Part shown: in pieces, positions 42,998 to 54,204 of the stretch
Position numbering within the stretch: the stretch's first letter is position 1
Layout: each line of letters opens with the position of its first letter
From: a bacterium
GTDB taxonomy: Bacteria > Joyebacterota > Joyebacteria > Joyebacterales > Joyebacteraceae
Direction: 5' to 3'
DNA: 64,000 bases
Assembly: GCA_029990205.1 (NCBI GenBank)
Contig: JAPEKQ010000002.1
Coordinates: 163,240-227,239, forward strand
The notes under the pieces: generated by a model
Databases searched by the model: none
What the model saw: only the letters and a program-made list of their open reading frames with translations
Told to the model about the DNA's origin: nothing
Program-made: the position numbers and the translations under genes

Positions 42998-44965
42998 TCA
43001 GTCCTCGAGTTCGGCCCAGCGGGCGTAGAGCTCCTCTACCCGCTCGCGAAGCGCACGCTGTTCGGTCACCAGGAGCTTCGCCTTCTCCCCGTCGGAGTAG
43101 ACGGCCGGGTCGGCCAGCAGGATGTCGAGCTCCTCGAGCCTCGTTTCGCTCGTCTCGATCTCCTTGAGCGTCGCCTGTCGCTCCTCCCGCCTCGACTGCT
43201 TGCGGCCGGAGCGCTTCTGCCGCTCCCGGGCCTCCTTGCGCTTCTGTTCCTTCGATTTGGGACCGCGCGCCTTCGCGCTCTTCTTCGCGGCCGCCTGCTT
43301 CCCCTTCTTCGCCCGGCTCTGTTCCTCCTCGGCCGCTTCGGCCGCCTCCCGCTCCTTCGCCCAGAGATAGTCCTGGTACGTGCCGTGATAGTAGCGCAGG
43401 CTGCCGGGCTTGACCTCGAGCACCTTCGTCGCGATGGCGTTCATGAACGCCCGGTCGTGTGAAACGAAGCAGATGGTCCCGGTGTACTCGGACAGAGCCC
43501 GCTCGAGAACCTCACGCGACGCCACGTCCAGGTGGTTCGTCGGCTCGTCGAGCAGCAGGAAGTTCGCGGGGCGAAGCAGCATCTTCGCGAAGCCGAGCCG
43601 GCTCTTCTCACCGCCAGAGAGAACGCGGACCTTCTTGTCGATGTCGCTCCCGCGGAACAGGAACGCCCCGAGCATCGTCCGGAGCCGGGGTCTCATCGCG
43701 TCCGACGCGACCGTCTCGAGTTCGCCGAGCACGGTGTTCTCCATGTTCAGGTCCTTCGCCGGGTCCTGACTGAAGTACTGGATGGAAACGTTGTGCCCGA
43801 GCTTGCGCTCGCCGGCCAGGATCGGGAGCTTTCCGGCGATGACCTTCATCAGCGTGGACTTGCCGGCCCCGTTGAGACCGACCAGAGCAAGCCGCTCGCC
43901 CCTGAGCACCTCGACATCGATGCCGTCGAAGATGACGCGGGAGCCGTACGCCTGCTTGATCCCGCTCAGCGAGACGGTCACCGCGCCGCCGCGCTCGGGC
44001 TGCGGGAAGTCGAAGTGGATCCCCTTCTGGACCGTCGGCACCTCGGTCAGTTCGATCCGCTTGATCATCTTCTCGCGGCTCCTGACGAGGTTCGCCTTCT
44101 TCTTGTCGCCCTTCCACTTGTCGACGAAGGTCTGAAGATGCGCGATTCGACGCTCCTCCTGCTTCCGCGTGGCCATGATGACGTCGCGCTGCTTGTCCCT
44201 CTGCGCGAGGAAGGCCGTGTAGCCGCCGGTGTAGTCGTTGATCCCGATCGACGTCAGGTCGCTGATGCGCGTGACGACCCGGTCGAGGAACGACCGGTCG
44301 TGCGACACCAGAACCACTGCGCCGGGGTAGCTCTCAAGATACTCCTCAAGCCAGATGATCGACTCGAGATCGAGATGATTCGTCGGCTCATCGAGCAGAA
44401 GCACCGTCGGCTCTTCGAGAAGGAGCTTGGCGAGCGCGATGCGCATCTGCCATCCGCCGCTGAACTCCTCGGTCATCCTGTGCTGGTCCTCGTTGCTGAA
44501 CCCGAGACCGGCAAGAACCTCAAGAGCCCGGGTCTCGATGACGAACCCGCCCTCGGCCTCGAATCGGTGCTGCACGTCACTGTACTCGGCCATCACCTTC
44601 TCGCACTCGGCGACGGACTCGGGTGTCCCCGCACTGCCGAGATCGCTCATCCGGTGCTCCAGCTCCCGCATGCGGGTCTCCATATCGAGCACATGCTCGA
44701 AGACGGAGAGAACCTCATCGAGCAGCGTCCGACCGGAGAGCGTGAGCTCCTCCTGCGGAAGATACCCGTACGTCGTTCCCTTGGTAGCGGTGACCTGACC
44801 CTCGTCCAGATCGATCTCGTTCCGGATGAGCTTGAGCAGCGTGGTCTTGCCGCACCCGTTCGGTCCGACCAGACCGACCCGGTCGCGGTCGCCCACGCGC
44901 CAGGAAAGCCCCCGGAAGAGCGGATTGCCGCCGAAAGAGATACTGACGTTGTCGAGCAGGACCAT
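42998..44965 (-). CDS. ABC-F family ATPase (Uup/YheS-like) with Lys/Arg-rich C-terminal coiled-coil
   Basis: Two ABC cassettes (GPNGCGKTT and GLNGAGKST Walker A; LSGGWQMR and LSGGEKSR signatures), no TM domain, basic C-terminal tail. Confidence 0.92.
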   Translation of the reverse strand: MVLLDNVSISFGGNPLFRGLSWRVGDRDRVGLVGPNGCGKTTLLKLIRNEIDLDEGQVTATKGTTYGYLPQEELTLSGRTLLDEVLSVFEHVLDMETRMRELEHRMSDLGSAGTPESVAECEKVMAEYSDVQHRFEAEGGFVIETRALEVLAGLGFSNEDQHRMTEEFSGGWQMRIALAKLLLEEPTVLLLDEPTNHLDLESIIWLEEYLESYPGAVVLVSHDRSFLDRVVTRISDLTSIGINDYTGGYTAFLAQRDKQRDVIMATRKQEERRIAHLQTFVDKWKGDKKKANLVRSREKMIKRIELTEVPTVQKGIHFDFPQPERGGAVTVSLSGIKQAYGSRVIFDGIDVEVLRGERLALVGLNGAGKSTLMKVIAGKLPILAGERKLGHNVSIQYFSQDPAKDLNMENTVLGELETVASDAMRPRLRTMLGAFLFRGSDIDKKVRVLSGGEKSRLGFAKMLLRPANFLLLDEPTNHLDVASREVLERALSEYTGTICFVSHDRAFMNAIATKVLEVKPGSLRYYHGTYQDYLWAKEREAAEAAEEEQSRAKKGKQAAAKKSAKARGPKSKEQKRKEARERQKRSGRKQSRREERQATLKEIETSETRLEELDILLADPAVYSDGEKAKLLVTEQRALRERVEELYARWAELED

Positions 44966-45265
44966 CGGTGAAGCTCCAGTCGCGATGATGAGTCGTCCGG
45001 CACGGACCCCGTGCCGGACCTTCTACCAGTATACCCGCCAAACCCCGACCGGCCAAACGCGACACGCGGTCCGGCGCGCCCGCCTGGTGGCGTTTCACCC
45101 GTCCCCATCGACGGTTCACGGGTTCCGGAGGGCGCCCGTCGGTTGTGCATGGTTCAATGAAACCGTAGTAACTCAACGCGTGTCCAAGTATGCGTGATAT
45201 GAAAGGCGCCCGCGGAGCGGGCCATAGACGCGGCACTTGCTGCAGAAGCTCCCCTGGAGGATGCC

Positions 45266-46462
45266 ATGAAGAAGCGAATACTGTGGGTCGGTGGTGCGGC
45301 TGTCGTCGTCATCGTCGTCCTCTTCCTTGTGCTCGGCGGACGGAACGGCGGGCAGGTCTCGGCGGAGACAGGTGGTGAGGCTGGCGGCGCCGTTCGCGGG
45401 GCGACCGCGACCGCGGAGATCGGCGACGTCTCGGTCATCCTGACCGAGATCGGCGAGATCCAGCCCGAGACGATGGTGCTGGTCAAGTCGAAGATCAGCG
45501 GCAAGGTGATACGGCTCCCCGTCGAAGAGGGCGAGCAGGTCAGGCTCGGAGAGCTCGTGGCCACGATCGAACCCGACATGGCACAGGCGCGAACCGTGGC
45601 GACTCTCAAGAGCAGCTATGGACGCGCGCGCGTCAACCTCGAACGAGCGCGACAGGACTACGAACGCGACCTCGCGCTCCACGAGGCCGGCCACGTCTCC
45701 GACGAGGAGCTCCGGCTGTCGAAGGACGACTACGATATCGCCCGCGTCGACTTCCAGTCGGCGCTCGAGCAGATGCAGCTCGCCGAAGCCGACGGCGTCT
45801 CGATGGATCTTGACGCGGAATCCGAGGAGATTCTGGACGTTCTCGCGCCGGCGACCGGAACGATCATCGATCTCAGCATCGAGGAGGGCGAGATCGTCAC
45901 ATCCGGAGCCGTCTCGTACACGAGCGGCTCGACACTGATGACGATCGCGGACCTCTCGGTCATGCAGATCGCCGCCGGCGTCAACGAGGTGGACGTCGGC
46001 AAGATCAGGAACGGGCAGGACGTCGTCATCGACGTCGACGCCTATCCGGCGACGACGTTCCACGGCGTCATCAGCCACATCGCCCCCGCCGCGCGCAACG
46101 AGCAGGGCGTGAAGATCTTCGACGTCGAGATCACCATTACCGACAACGATCCCCGACTCATGCCGGGCATGACGGCCAACATCGAGATCCAGGGCGACCA
46201 CTGCGAGGGCTGCGTCACGGTTCCCATCGAAGGCGCGTTCCGGAAGAACGGCGGCTACGTGGCGTACGTGTTCGACGGAAGCGAGAACGAACCGGTCGAA
46301 CGGCACATCGAGGTCGGGATCAGCAACATCTCCACAACACAGATCATCTCGGGGCTCGAGGAGGGTGAAGAGGTCGCGCTCTACGATCCGCACCTCGCCG
46401 AGACGGAGATGACCGACGATGAACTCAGACGCCAGCGGATGGCGGCGCGCGCCGGGAGGTAG
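45266..46462 (+). CDS. Efflux periplasmic adaptor (HlyD/MacA-like membrane fusion protein)
   Basis: N-terminal anchor, coiled-coil hairpin region and beta-barrel motifs (PGMTANIEI). SD GGAGG. Confidence 0.88.
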   Translation: MKKRILWVGGAAVVVIVVLFLVLGGRNGGQVSAETGGEAGGAVRGATATAEIGDVSVILTEIGEIQPETMVLVKSKISGKVIRLPVEEGEQVRLGELVATIEPDMAQARTVATLKSSYGRARVNLERARQDYERDLALHEAGHVSDEELRLSKDDYDIARVDFQSALEQMQLAEADGVSMDLDAESEEILDVLAPATGTIIDLSIEEGEIVTSGAVSYTSGSTLMTIADLSVMQIAAGVNEVDVGKIRNGQDVVIDVDAYPATTFHGVISHIAPAARNEQGVKIFDVEITITDNDPRLMPGMTANIEIQGDHCEGCVTVPIEGAFRKNGGYVAYVFDGSENEPVERHIEVGISNISTTQIISGLEEGEEVALYDPHLAETEMTDDELRRQRMAARAGR

Positions 46463-46465
46463 AGC

Positions 46466-47142
<677 letters not shown>

Positions 47143-47146
<4 letters not shown>

Positions 47147-48372
47147 ACCTGCTCGAGAGCGTAGGCGCCGGTCTCCGCGACATGGGATCGAACAAGGGAC
47201 GGTCGGTCATCACGATGATCGGGATCGTGCTCGGCGTTGCGTCGGTCGTCGCCGTGCTCTCGCTGATGCAGGGCGGCCAGGCGCAGACCGAAGCCTACTT
47301 CGAGGAGCTCGGCGGTCTCAGGGAGATACGCATCACCAACCAGCGGACCAACCGCATCTTCATGACGGCGGCCGAGCGCGCGTCCGAGCGCCTCACCTAC
47401 CGTGACGCGCAGGCCATCCGGTTCGAGTGCCCGTCCGTCAGCTACGTGGACCCCGAGATCTCGCGCTACCTGACCGTCAGCTACAAGGACAAGACGTTCC
47501 AGATGCGCGTACTCGGGACGACGGCCGACTACGTCTTCGCAGACAGCATGCCGGTCGCCGAGGGACGCTTCATCACGGACCGCGACCTCGACACGTACGC
47601 GAACGTCATCATGATGGGACCGACGTACCGGGACGATCTTTTTGGGGACGAGGACTGGCGCGGCAAGCAGGTGCTCGTCGAAGGCATTCCGTTCACGGTC
47701 GTCGGCATCATGGAGAAGAAGGAGTTCTACTTCCGCGGCGGCGGAGGAGAGCGCAATGTTCTCGAATGGTTCAACCGCGGGCACTACATTCCCATCACGA
47801 CGATGATCAGGCGGTTCACGGTCGACGACCAGCTCGGCGGACTCGAGATCTCCGCGAAGACCGTGGAGCTCGTCCCGACGCTCATGGAGGAAACGCGAAC
47901 GGTGCTCTCGCGCCGGCACGGGGTCGAGGACTTCGATCTCGCGTCCAAGTCCGAGCAGGTCCAGCAGCGAGCGGAGCAGGAGGCGTTCTTCAATATCATC
48001 TTCTGGGTGATCGCCTTCATCTCGCTGTTCGTCGGCGGCGTCGTCATCGCCAACATCATGCTGTCGTCGATCACGGAGCGCATCAGGGAGATCGGCGTCC
48101 GCAAGGCCATCGGCGCGAGCTCGCGCGACGTCTTCATCGAGTTCCTGGTCGAGGCGCTCGTCGTCACATCGGTCGGCGGAGCGGTCGGTCTCGGCGTCGG
48201 CTATGGCCTGGTGAAGCTCATGGAGACCGCGCTCATCATGCCGATGGCGTTCTCACCCTCGATCCTCGTGCTCGCGTTTCTGACGTCGGTCGCGGTCGGC
48301 ATCATCTTCGGCATGTTCCCGGCGCTTCGCGCCGCGCGTCTCGACCCGGTCGAGGCGCTCAGATACCAGTAG
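47143..48372 (+). CDS. ABC transporter permease (MacB_PCD + FtsX domains)
   Basis: TTGA overlap with the ATPase stop. Architecture is TM1, large periplasmic domain, then 3 TM FtsX domain (REIGVRKAIGAS). Confidence 0.88.
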
Positions 48373-48384
48373 GCGGAGGTAGCA

Positions 48385-49641
48385 GTGAATCTTCTCGAGA
48401 GCGTGGTCAGCGGTCTGGCTTCCATCTGGTCGCACAAGTTGCGGTCGTCGTTGACGCTGGTCGGCATCGTCGTCGGGGTGGCGTCGGTCATCGCCATGTT
48501 CTCGTTCGTGGGCGGCATTGTGACCCGCGTCCGCGAGGACTTCGAGCAGATCGGGTTCGACAACACCTTCTTCGTGAGCAATATGGACCCGATGAACCCC
48601 GAAGGGCGCGCGAGTCTGAAGGCGTCGAAGGGTCTGATGCTCCACGAGATGGACATCCTCGAAACCGAGGTCCCGGAGATCCGCGGGATCACACCGGTCG
48701 TGGCGCATTACGGTGTACTCCGCGGCGGGAGCGAAGCGCTCCACGGAGAGGTGTTCGGCATCACCCCGGACGGCTTCATCCTCTTCGAACTCAATCTCGG
48801 ACCGGGCCGCTACATCAGCGACCTCGACGTGGAGAACCACGCGCGTGTCTGTGTCCTCGGTGAACTCATCAAGAACGACCTCTTCGGCGAGGGAGCGGAC
48901 GCCATCGGACGGCACGTCCTCATCGGGGATGTCAGTTTCGAGGTCGTCGGCGTGCTCGCCATGAAGGAGTTCAGCCAGATGTTCGGCAACTCCGGCCAGG
49001 AGCAGGAACACCGTCGCATCTACACCCCCACGACGACGATGACGCACTACATCGCAGGGACGAAGCGGATCGATACGTTCGCGGTGAAGCTCTACGAGGG
49101 CGCCGATATCACGCAGGCATATGATCACATCCACGAGACGCTCATCAGGGAGCACCGCGGCATCGAGGACTTCCAGATCGAGAATGTCGCCGAACAGCTG
49201 GCGCAGGCCGAGGTGCAGATGGAGCAGATGTCCGCGCAGTGGAACATGATCCTCGGGAGCATCGCGACGGTCTCGCTGCTCGTCGGCGGGATAGGCCTCC
49301 TCTCGGTCCTGATCATCTCCGTCAACGAACGACTGCGCGAGATCGGCATCCGCAAGGCGGTCGGCGCGGAGGACCGCGCCATCTTCCAGCAGTTCATCAT
49401 CGAGTCCGTGACGATCAGCACGGTCGGCGGGCTCATCGGGGTTGCGCTCGGGGCCGGACTGTGTAAGCTTATCACGTTCGGTGCGCAGGCGGCCGGACAA
49501 GACATGGTCATTCCAGTGTCCGGCATGGGCGTCGCACTCGGGCTCGGCTTCGCGATCATCGTAGGGTTCCTCTTCGGGCTCTACCCCGCCGCGAAGGCCT
49601 CACGCCTCGACCCGATCGAGGCCATATCCCGCTACGCGTAG
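48385..49641 (+). CDS. ABC transporter permease (MacB_PCD + FtsX domains), second copy
   Basis: Same architecture as the upstream gene (REIGIRKAVGAE). GTG start after GGCGGAGG. Confidence 0.88.
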   Translation: MNLLESVVSGLASIWSHKLRSSLTLVGIVVGVASVIAMFSFVGGIVTRVREDFEQIGFDNTFFVSNMDPMNPEGRASLKASKGLMLHEMDILETEVPEIRGITPVVAHYGVLRGGSEALHGEVFGITPDGFILFELNLGPGRYISDLDVENHARVCVLGELIKNDLFGEGADAIGRHVLIGDVSFEVVGVLAMKEFSQMFGNSGQEQEHRRIYTPTTTMTHYIAGTKRIDTFAVKLYEGADITQAYDHIHETLIREHRGIEDFQIENVAEQLAQAEVQMEQMSAQWNMILGSIATVSLLVGGIGLLSVLIISVNERLREIGIRKAVGAEDRAIFQQFIIESVTISTVGGLIGVALGAGLCKLITFGAQAAGQDMVIPVSGMGVALGLGFAIIVGFLFGLYPAAKASRLDPIEAISRYA

Positions 49642-49675
49642 CGCCTCCCGGACGGAACCGGTCCGTGGAGGCATC

Positions 49676-50569
49676 ATGTTCGAGGAACTGGCACGCGACA
49701 AGACCTCCGGCGCCACAGCAGTGACCCGGAGAGCCGCAGAGATCCTTTCCGAAGCACTCATCGACTCCAGAGCCGGAGACCCCGGCGAGTTCTGGACCGA
49801 GCTCCAGACCGCATGCCGCGAGCTGATCGCGGCGCAGCGCGAGATGGCGCCCTTGGTCAACCTCGCGGGCAAGGCGCTCTCCATCACCGAACGTCTGGTC
49901 CTCTCCGGCGTCGGAGCGGAAACGCTCAAGCGAGCCGTCGCGCTCGAACTTTCGACCTTCGTCAGCGAGATGGACGACGGCGTCGAGTCGCTCGCCCGGG
50001 AGGGAGCGGCGGCGCTCCCCCCCTGCTCGTCGATCGCGACGCTGAGCGCGAGCGAGTGTGTCGTGGCGGTGCTCGAGGGAGCGGTCCGTTCCGGAAGAAC
50101 GCTGTCGGTGACCGCGGCGGAGTCGCGCCCCGCGCTCGAGGGCGTGGCCCAGGCGGAGCGGCTTCGAGCGCTGGGCGTAACGGTCGACGTCGTCGCGGAC
50201 GACGCGCTCCCGGGTCTGATCGCCGGCGTCGATCTCGTGCTCGTCGGCGCGGACCGGGTGTCGCAGGAGGAGTTCACCGGGAAGACCGGCGTCCACGCCG
50301 CCGCCACCGCCGCCTCGGATGCGGGCGTACCGTTCGTCGCGGTCGCGACGGAGGAGCGGTTGATCTCGGCCGCGCTCGCCCCACGAGCTGAGGACGGCTC
50401 AGACACGGACTCGCTCTTCGAGCCGGTCCCACTCGGACGTGTCACGGGGATACTGACCGGCGCGGGCCTTCTGACACCCGAGGAGACGGCCGCCCGGATC
50501 TCGAAGAAGCCCGTGCCGCCGTCGCTGCTGCGGGTCCTCTTCGACAGGACGCCCCCGACCGGACTCTAG
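49676..50569 (+). CDS. eIF-2B alpha/beta/delta-family protein (sugar-phosphate isomerase-like)
   Basis: ESRPALEG...LVGADRV...GKTG...A...GVPFVAVA pattern, typical of the IF-2B / MtnA / R15P-isomerase family. 297 aa. Confidence 0.7.
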   Translation: MFEELARDKTSGATAVTRRAAEILSEALIDSRAGDPGEFWTELQTACRELIAAQREMAPLVNLAGKALSITERLVLSGVGAETLKRAVALELSTFVSEMDDGVESLAREGAAALPPCSSIATLSASECVVAVLEGAVRSGRTLSVTAAESRPALEGVAQAERLRALGVTVDVVADDALPGLIAGVDLVLVGADRVSQEEFTGKTGVHAAATAASDAGVPFVAVATEERLISAALAPRAEDGSDTDSLFEPVPLGRVTGILTGAGLLTPEETAARISKKPVPPSLLRVLFDRTPPTGL

Positions 50570-50773
50570 ACCGCCCCCCGAACCACCTGAGAGATTCGTG
50601 TGGAACTCGCTCCCCACGGTTGATATCATTGGTACCTTGACCGCGTCATAGGGTACCGGTGCTCCCCTGAACGCGGTCCGGCGCCCGAAGCGCGCCCGCG
50701 CGATGCGCGATAGCTCCAGATGGCACGCGCGTGATCCCGATACTCAACGACACCGCATCACATGGAGGCAGCA

Positions 50774-52135
50774 ATGGCGGAGAACAAGTTCGTCAGTGCG
50801 GTCGCACCGGACAAGGTCCACGCGACAATCGGCAAACTGATGCTCGCCGACGGTATGGACATCGTCATGGACCTCAAGAACAGCAAGGGTGCGTACCTGC
50901 GCGACTCGAAGTCCGGAAAGGACTACCTCGACTTCTTCACGTGCTTCGCGTCCTCTCCGATCGGGTTCAACCACCCGAGACTCACCGAGCCGGAGTTCAT
51001 CACGAAGCTGGGGTGGGCCGCTGTCAACAAGCCGTCCAACTCGGATCTCTACACGACCGAGATGGCCGAGTTCGTGGAGACGTTCGGCAGGATCGCCGTC
51101 CCCGCCGAGATGAAGCACCTCTTCTTCATCTCCGGTGGAGGGCTCGCGGTCGAGAACGCGCTCAAGACCGCGTTCGACTGGAAGGTCCGCAAGAACATGG
51201 CGGCGGGCGTCAACAGCGCCGATGCGCCCGATAGCGAACTCAAGGGGATGAAGGCCATCCACTTCAAGCAGGCCTTCCACGGCAGGACCGGCTACACACT
51301 CACGCTGACCAACACGTTCGACCCGCGGAAGACCCAGTACTTCCCGAAGTTCGACTGGCCGCGCGTGAACAACCCGATGGCCAGCTACCCGCTCGAGGGT
51401 GAGAATCTCGCCGCGACCGAGAAGCGGGAGAACGAGACGATCGCGCAGATCGAGAAGGCGTTCGCCGACAACCCGAACGACATCGCGTGCATCATCATCG
51501 AGCCGATCCAGGGCGAGGGCGGCGACCACCACTTCCGTCCCGAGTTCATGCAGGCTCTCGGCAAGCTCGCCAAGGACAACGACGCCCTGCTGATCTTCGA
51601 CGAGGTCCAGACGGGTCTCGGCCTCACCGGCACGATGTGGTGTTATCAGCAGTTCGGAATGACCCCCGACATCGTCTGCTTCGGCAAGAAGACGCAGGTC
51701 TGCGGCATCATGGCGACCGAGCGCCTCGACGAGGTCAAGGACAACGTGTTCCACGTCTCATCGCGCATCAACTCGACGTGGGGCGGCAACCTCATCGACA
51801 TGGTCCGCTGTCAGCGCTACCTCGAGGTCATCGAGGAGGACGGTCTGGTGGCGAACGCAGAGACGATGGGTCAGCGGTTCCGCAAGGGCCTCGACGCGAT
51901 CGCGGCTGCCTCCGGCGGCAAGATCACGAACGTCCGTGGTCGCGGCCTGATGTGCGCCTTTGACCTCCCGGCTACCGAGATTCGCGACGACCTGCTCGGC
52001 AAGATGAGCGGTCGCCAGCTGATGGCGCTCCCGGCCGGCCCGATCGCCGTCCGGTTCCGTCCGCCGCTCAACGTGACGGCCGAGGAGATCGACACGGCGC
52101 TTGCGGCCATCGAGGCGTCGGCGAAGGAGATCTAG
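50774..52135 (+). CDS. lat: L-lysine 6-transaminase (lysine epsilon-aminotransferase), class-III aminotransferase
   Basis: SNSDLYT..MAEFVETF, FFISGGGLAVENALKTAFDWK, FHGRTGYTLTLTN, FPKFDWPR and IIIEPIQGEGGD closely follow actinobacterial LAT. ATG at 50774 is preceded by GGAGG; the track start at 50762 would place the SD inside the ORF. Confidence 0.88.
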   Translation: MAENKFVSAVAPDKVHATIGKLMLADGMDIVMDLKNSKGAYLRDSKSGKDYLDFFTCFASSPIGFNHPRLTEPEFITKLGWAAVNKPSNSDLYTTEMAEFVETFGRIAVPAEMKHLFFISGGGLAVENALKTAFDWKVRKNMAAGVNSADAPDSELKGMKAIHFKQAFHGRTGYTLTLTNTFDPRKTQYFPKFDWPRVNNPMASYPLEGENLAATEKRENETIAQIEKAFADNPNDIACIIIEPIQGEGGDHHFRPEFMQALGKLAKDNDALLIFDEVQTGLGLTGTMWCYQQFGMTPDIVCFGKKTQVCGIMATERLDEVKDNVFHVSSRINSTWGGNLIDMVRCQRYLEVIEEDGLVANAETMGQRFRKGLDAIAAASGGKITNVRGRGLMCAFDLPATEIRDDLLGKMSGRQLMALPAGPIAVRFRPPLNVTAEEIDTALAAIEASAKEI

Positions 52136-52136
52136 T

Positions 52137-53558
52137 TTGAAGAGATTCGCCGCGACACCGAACGGGCACGACTCCGCATCCACGCGGCGCTCTTCCGTTC
52201 TCGTCGCTGCGATCGCAGTTCTGGGCGTTCTCGCTCTCACGAGCGGGAACGCCCTTTCTGATACCGGGAACCCTACCGCCAACGGACCCGACGCCCTTCT
52301 GCTGACGCCCGCCCTGTTCGACGAGGCAGGAACGCTCGACGCGCAGGAGCCTGCCGTGCTCTGTCCGTTCGGAGTCATCGCCGAGGATGTCCCGGACGAC
52401 GGCGGCGGGGCGATCGCGGTCACCTGGGAGCTGGGCGACGCGCCGGTCTCAGATGACGCGTCGGTCTCGGCCGACGGGTCGGTCTCGGCCGACGGGTCGG
52501 CTGAGGGTACTGGCGGTTCAGCGGCAGTCTCGGGTTTCGAGATCCTCAGGTTCGCGCCCGGCGAGGAGCCGATCCTTGTCGGTGAGGCCCCGGTGACCGA
52601 CCGGCGGTTCGTCGACGACACGGCGGAGGCCGGTGTCTCGTACCAGTACATCGTCCGCGCCCTCTCCTCCGTCACCGGACCTGACGGCGTCCCGGCCGGC
52701 TTCGCTGACTCCATCGCGAGCAGCGCCGCCACGGCCACCGCGCAGTGGTTCGCCACCTCAAGGCTCAACGCGCTCGTCGTGATGATCTTCGCCTGCGGAG
52801 CCGTGATGTTCTACATCGGGCGCGCCAGAACGGGGAGCGAGCTCTACATCCGCCGCATCCCCGGACTCGAGGCCGTCGACGACGCGGTCGGCCGCGCCAC
52901 CGAGATGGGACGCCCCGTCCTCTACGTTCCAGGTATCGAGACCGTCAGCGAGGTCGGCACACTGGCCGCCCTCACCATCCTCGGTCACGTGGCGAAGAAG
53001 GTGGCCCAGCACGGCACTCCCCTGCTCGTTCCAACGGCGGACCCGATCGTGATGACGACGGCGCAGGAGATCGTCAAGCAAGCCTACGCCGAGGTGGGCC
53101 AGTCGGACCGCTACGACCCGACGAGCGTCACGTACATCACCTACGACCAGTTTGGGTACACCGCGGGGGTCGACGGCATCATGGTGCGAGAGCGCCCTGA
53201 GGCCGTCTTCCTCCTCGGATACTTCGCCGCGGAGTCCCTCATCCTCGCCGAGACCGGACACGAGATCGGCGCCATCCAGATATCGGGCACGAAGGAGACA
53301 TCGCAGCTCCCCTTCTTCGTCGCCGCGTGCGACTACACGCTGATCGGCGAAGAGCTCTTCGCCGCGTCGAGCTACCTGTCACACGAGCCGGTCATGCTCG
53401 GGAGCCTCAAGGGACAGGACTTCGCGAAGTTCTGGATCGTCGTTCTCATCGTCGCGATGGTCGCCATCGGGACGGTCGGCTACGCCATCACACCGGACGG
53501 AAGCTCGGTGCCGGCCCGCGTGTTCGACGCGGTGAAGACCTGGTTCGCCGGCGGATAG
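52137..53558 (+). CDS. Membrane protein A of unassigned 4-gene module: signal anchor, Fn3-like ectodomain, TM, ~230-aa conserved-looking domain, C-terminal TM
   Basis: TTG at 52137, 1 nt after the lat stop, with GGAGA 6 nt upstream. Fn3-like AIAVTWELG...GFEILRF...YQYIVRAL. Hydrophobic segments at ~aa 20-40, 210-230 and 440-460. Confidence 0.7.
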   Translation: MKRFAATPNGHDSASTRRSSVLVAAIAVLGVLALTSGNALSDTGNPTANGPDALLLTPALFDEAGTLDAQEPAVLCPFGVIAEDVPDDGGGAIAVTWELGDAPVSDDASVSADGSVSADGSAEGTGGSAAVSGFEILRFAPGEEPILVGEAPVTDRRFVDDTAEAGVSYQYIVRALSSVTGPDGVPAGFADSIASSAATATAQWFATSRLNALVVMIFACGAVMFYIGRARTGSELYIRRIPGLEAVDDAVGRATEMGRPVLYVPGIETVSEVGTLAALTILGHVAKKVAQHGTPLLVPTADPIVMTTAQEIVKQAYAEVGQSDRYDPTSVTYITYDQFGYTAGVDGIMVRERPEAVFLLGYFAAESLILAETGHEIGAIQISGTKETSQLPFFVAACDYTLIGEELFAASSYLSHEPVMLGSLKGQDFAKFWIVVLIVAMVAIGTVGYAITPDGSSVPARVFDAVKTWFAGG

Positions 53559-53571
53559 GAGCATCAGCACG

Positions 53572-54204
53572 ATGAAGCGTTCGATACCGCTTGCCATCAC
53601 ATTCCTGACGGGTGTCTTTCTCGTTGTCTCGTTCTTCGTGCCGCACGAGCCGTTCGGCGCGCTCGAGCAGCGCCTGCTCATCTGGTTCTCGATCGTCTCG
53701 GGCTTCACGATGCTCCTCGGCGTTGACAACCTGCTGCGTTCGCACGGGCGGAAGATCGGGCGGAGGAACCCGGGCTGGTGGCACAGTGTCGTCCTCCTTA
53801 TCGGCTTCGCCGCCACGGTCGTGCTCGGCGTCCTCGGCCGCATCCACCACGGCAGCCCGTTCCACATGCAATCACCGTTCATGTTCGTCTACACGTACAC
53901 GATCGTGCCGCTCCAGGGCACGATGTTCGCGCTCCTGGCGTTCTTCATCGCGTCGGCCTCGTACCGCGCGTTCCGCGCCAGGAACACGGTCGCCACACTG
54001 CTTCTCGTCTCCGCCGTCATCGTGATGCTCGGCCGCGTGCCCATCGGCGCGGCGATATCCGAGTTCTTCCCGGCGGCTCAGGAGTGGATCATGGACGTGC
54101 CGCAGCTGGCGGCGAAGCGGGGAATCCAGATCGGCGCTGCGCTCGGCGCGGTCTCCATGTCGCTCCGCATCATTCTCGGGATCGAACGGAGCTATCTGTC
54201 GTGA
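53572..54204 (+). CDS. Polytopic membrane protein B of the unassigned module
   Basis: 210 aa, about 6 hydrophobic helices. AGGAG upstream. No family recognised. Confidence 0.7.
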   Translation: MKRSIPLAITFLTGVFLVVSFFVPHEPFGALEQRLLIWFSIVSGFTMLLGVDNLLRSHGRKIGRRNPGWWHSVVLLIGFAATVVLGVLGRIHHGSPFHMQSPFMFVYTYTIVPLQGTMFALLAFFIASASYRAFRARNTVATLLLVSAVIVMLGRVPIGAAISEFFPAAQEWIMDVPQLAAKRGIQIGAALGAVSMSLRIILGIERSYLS

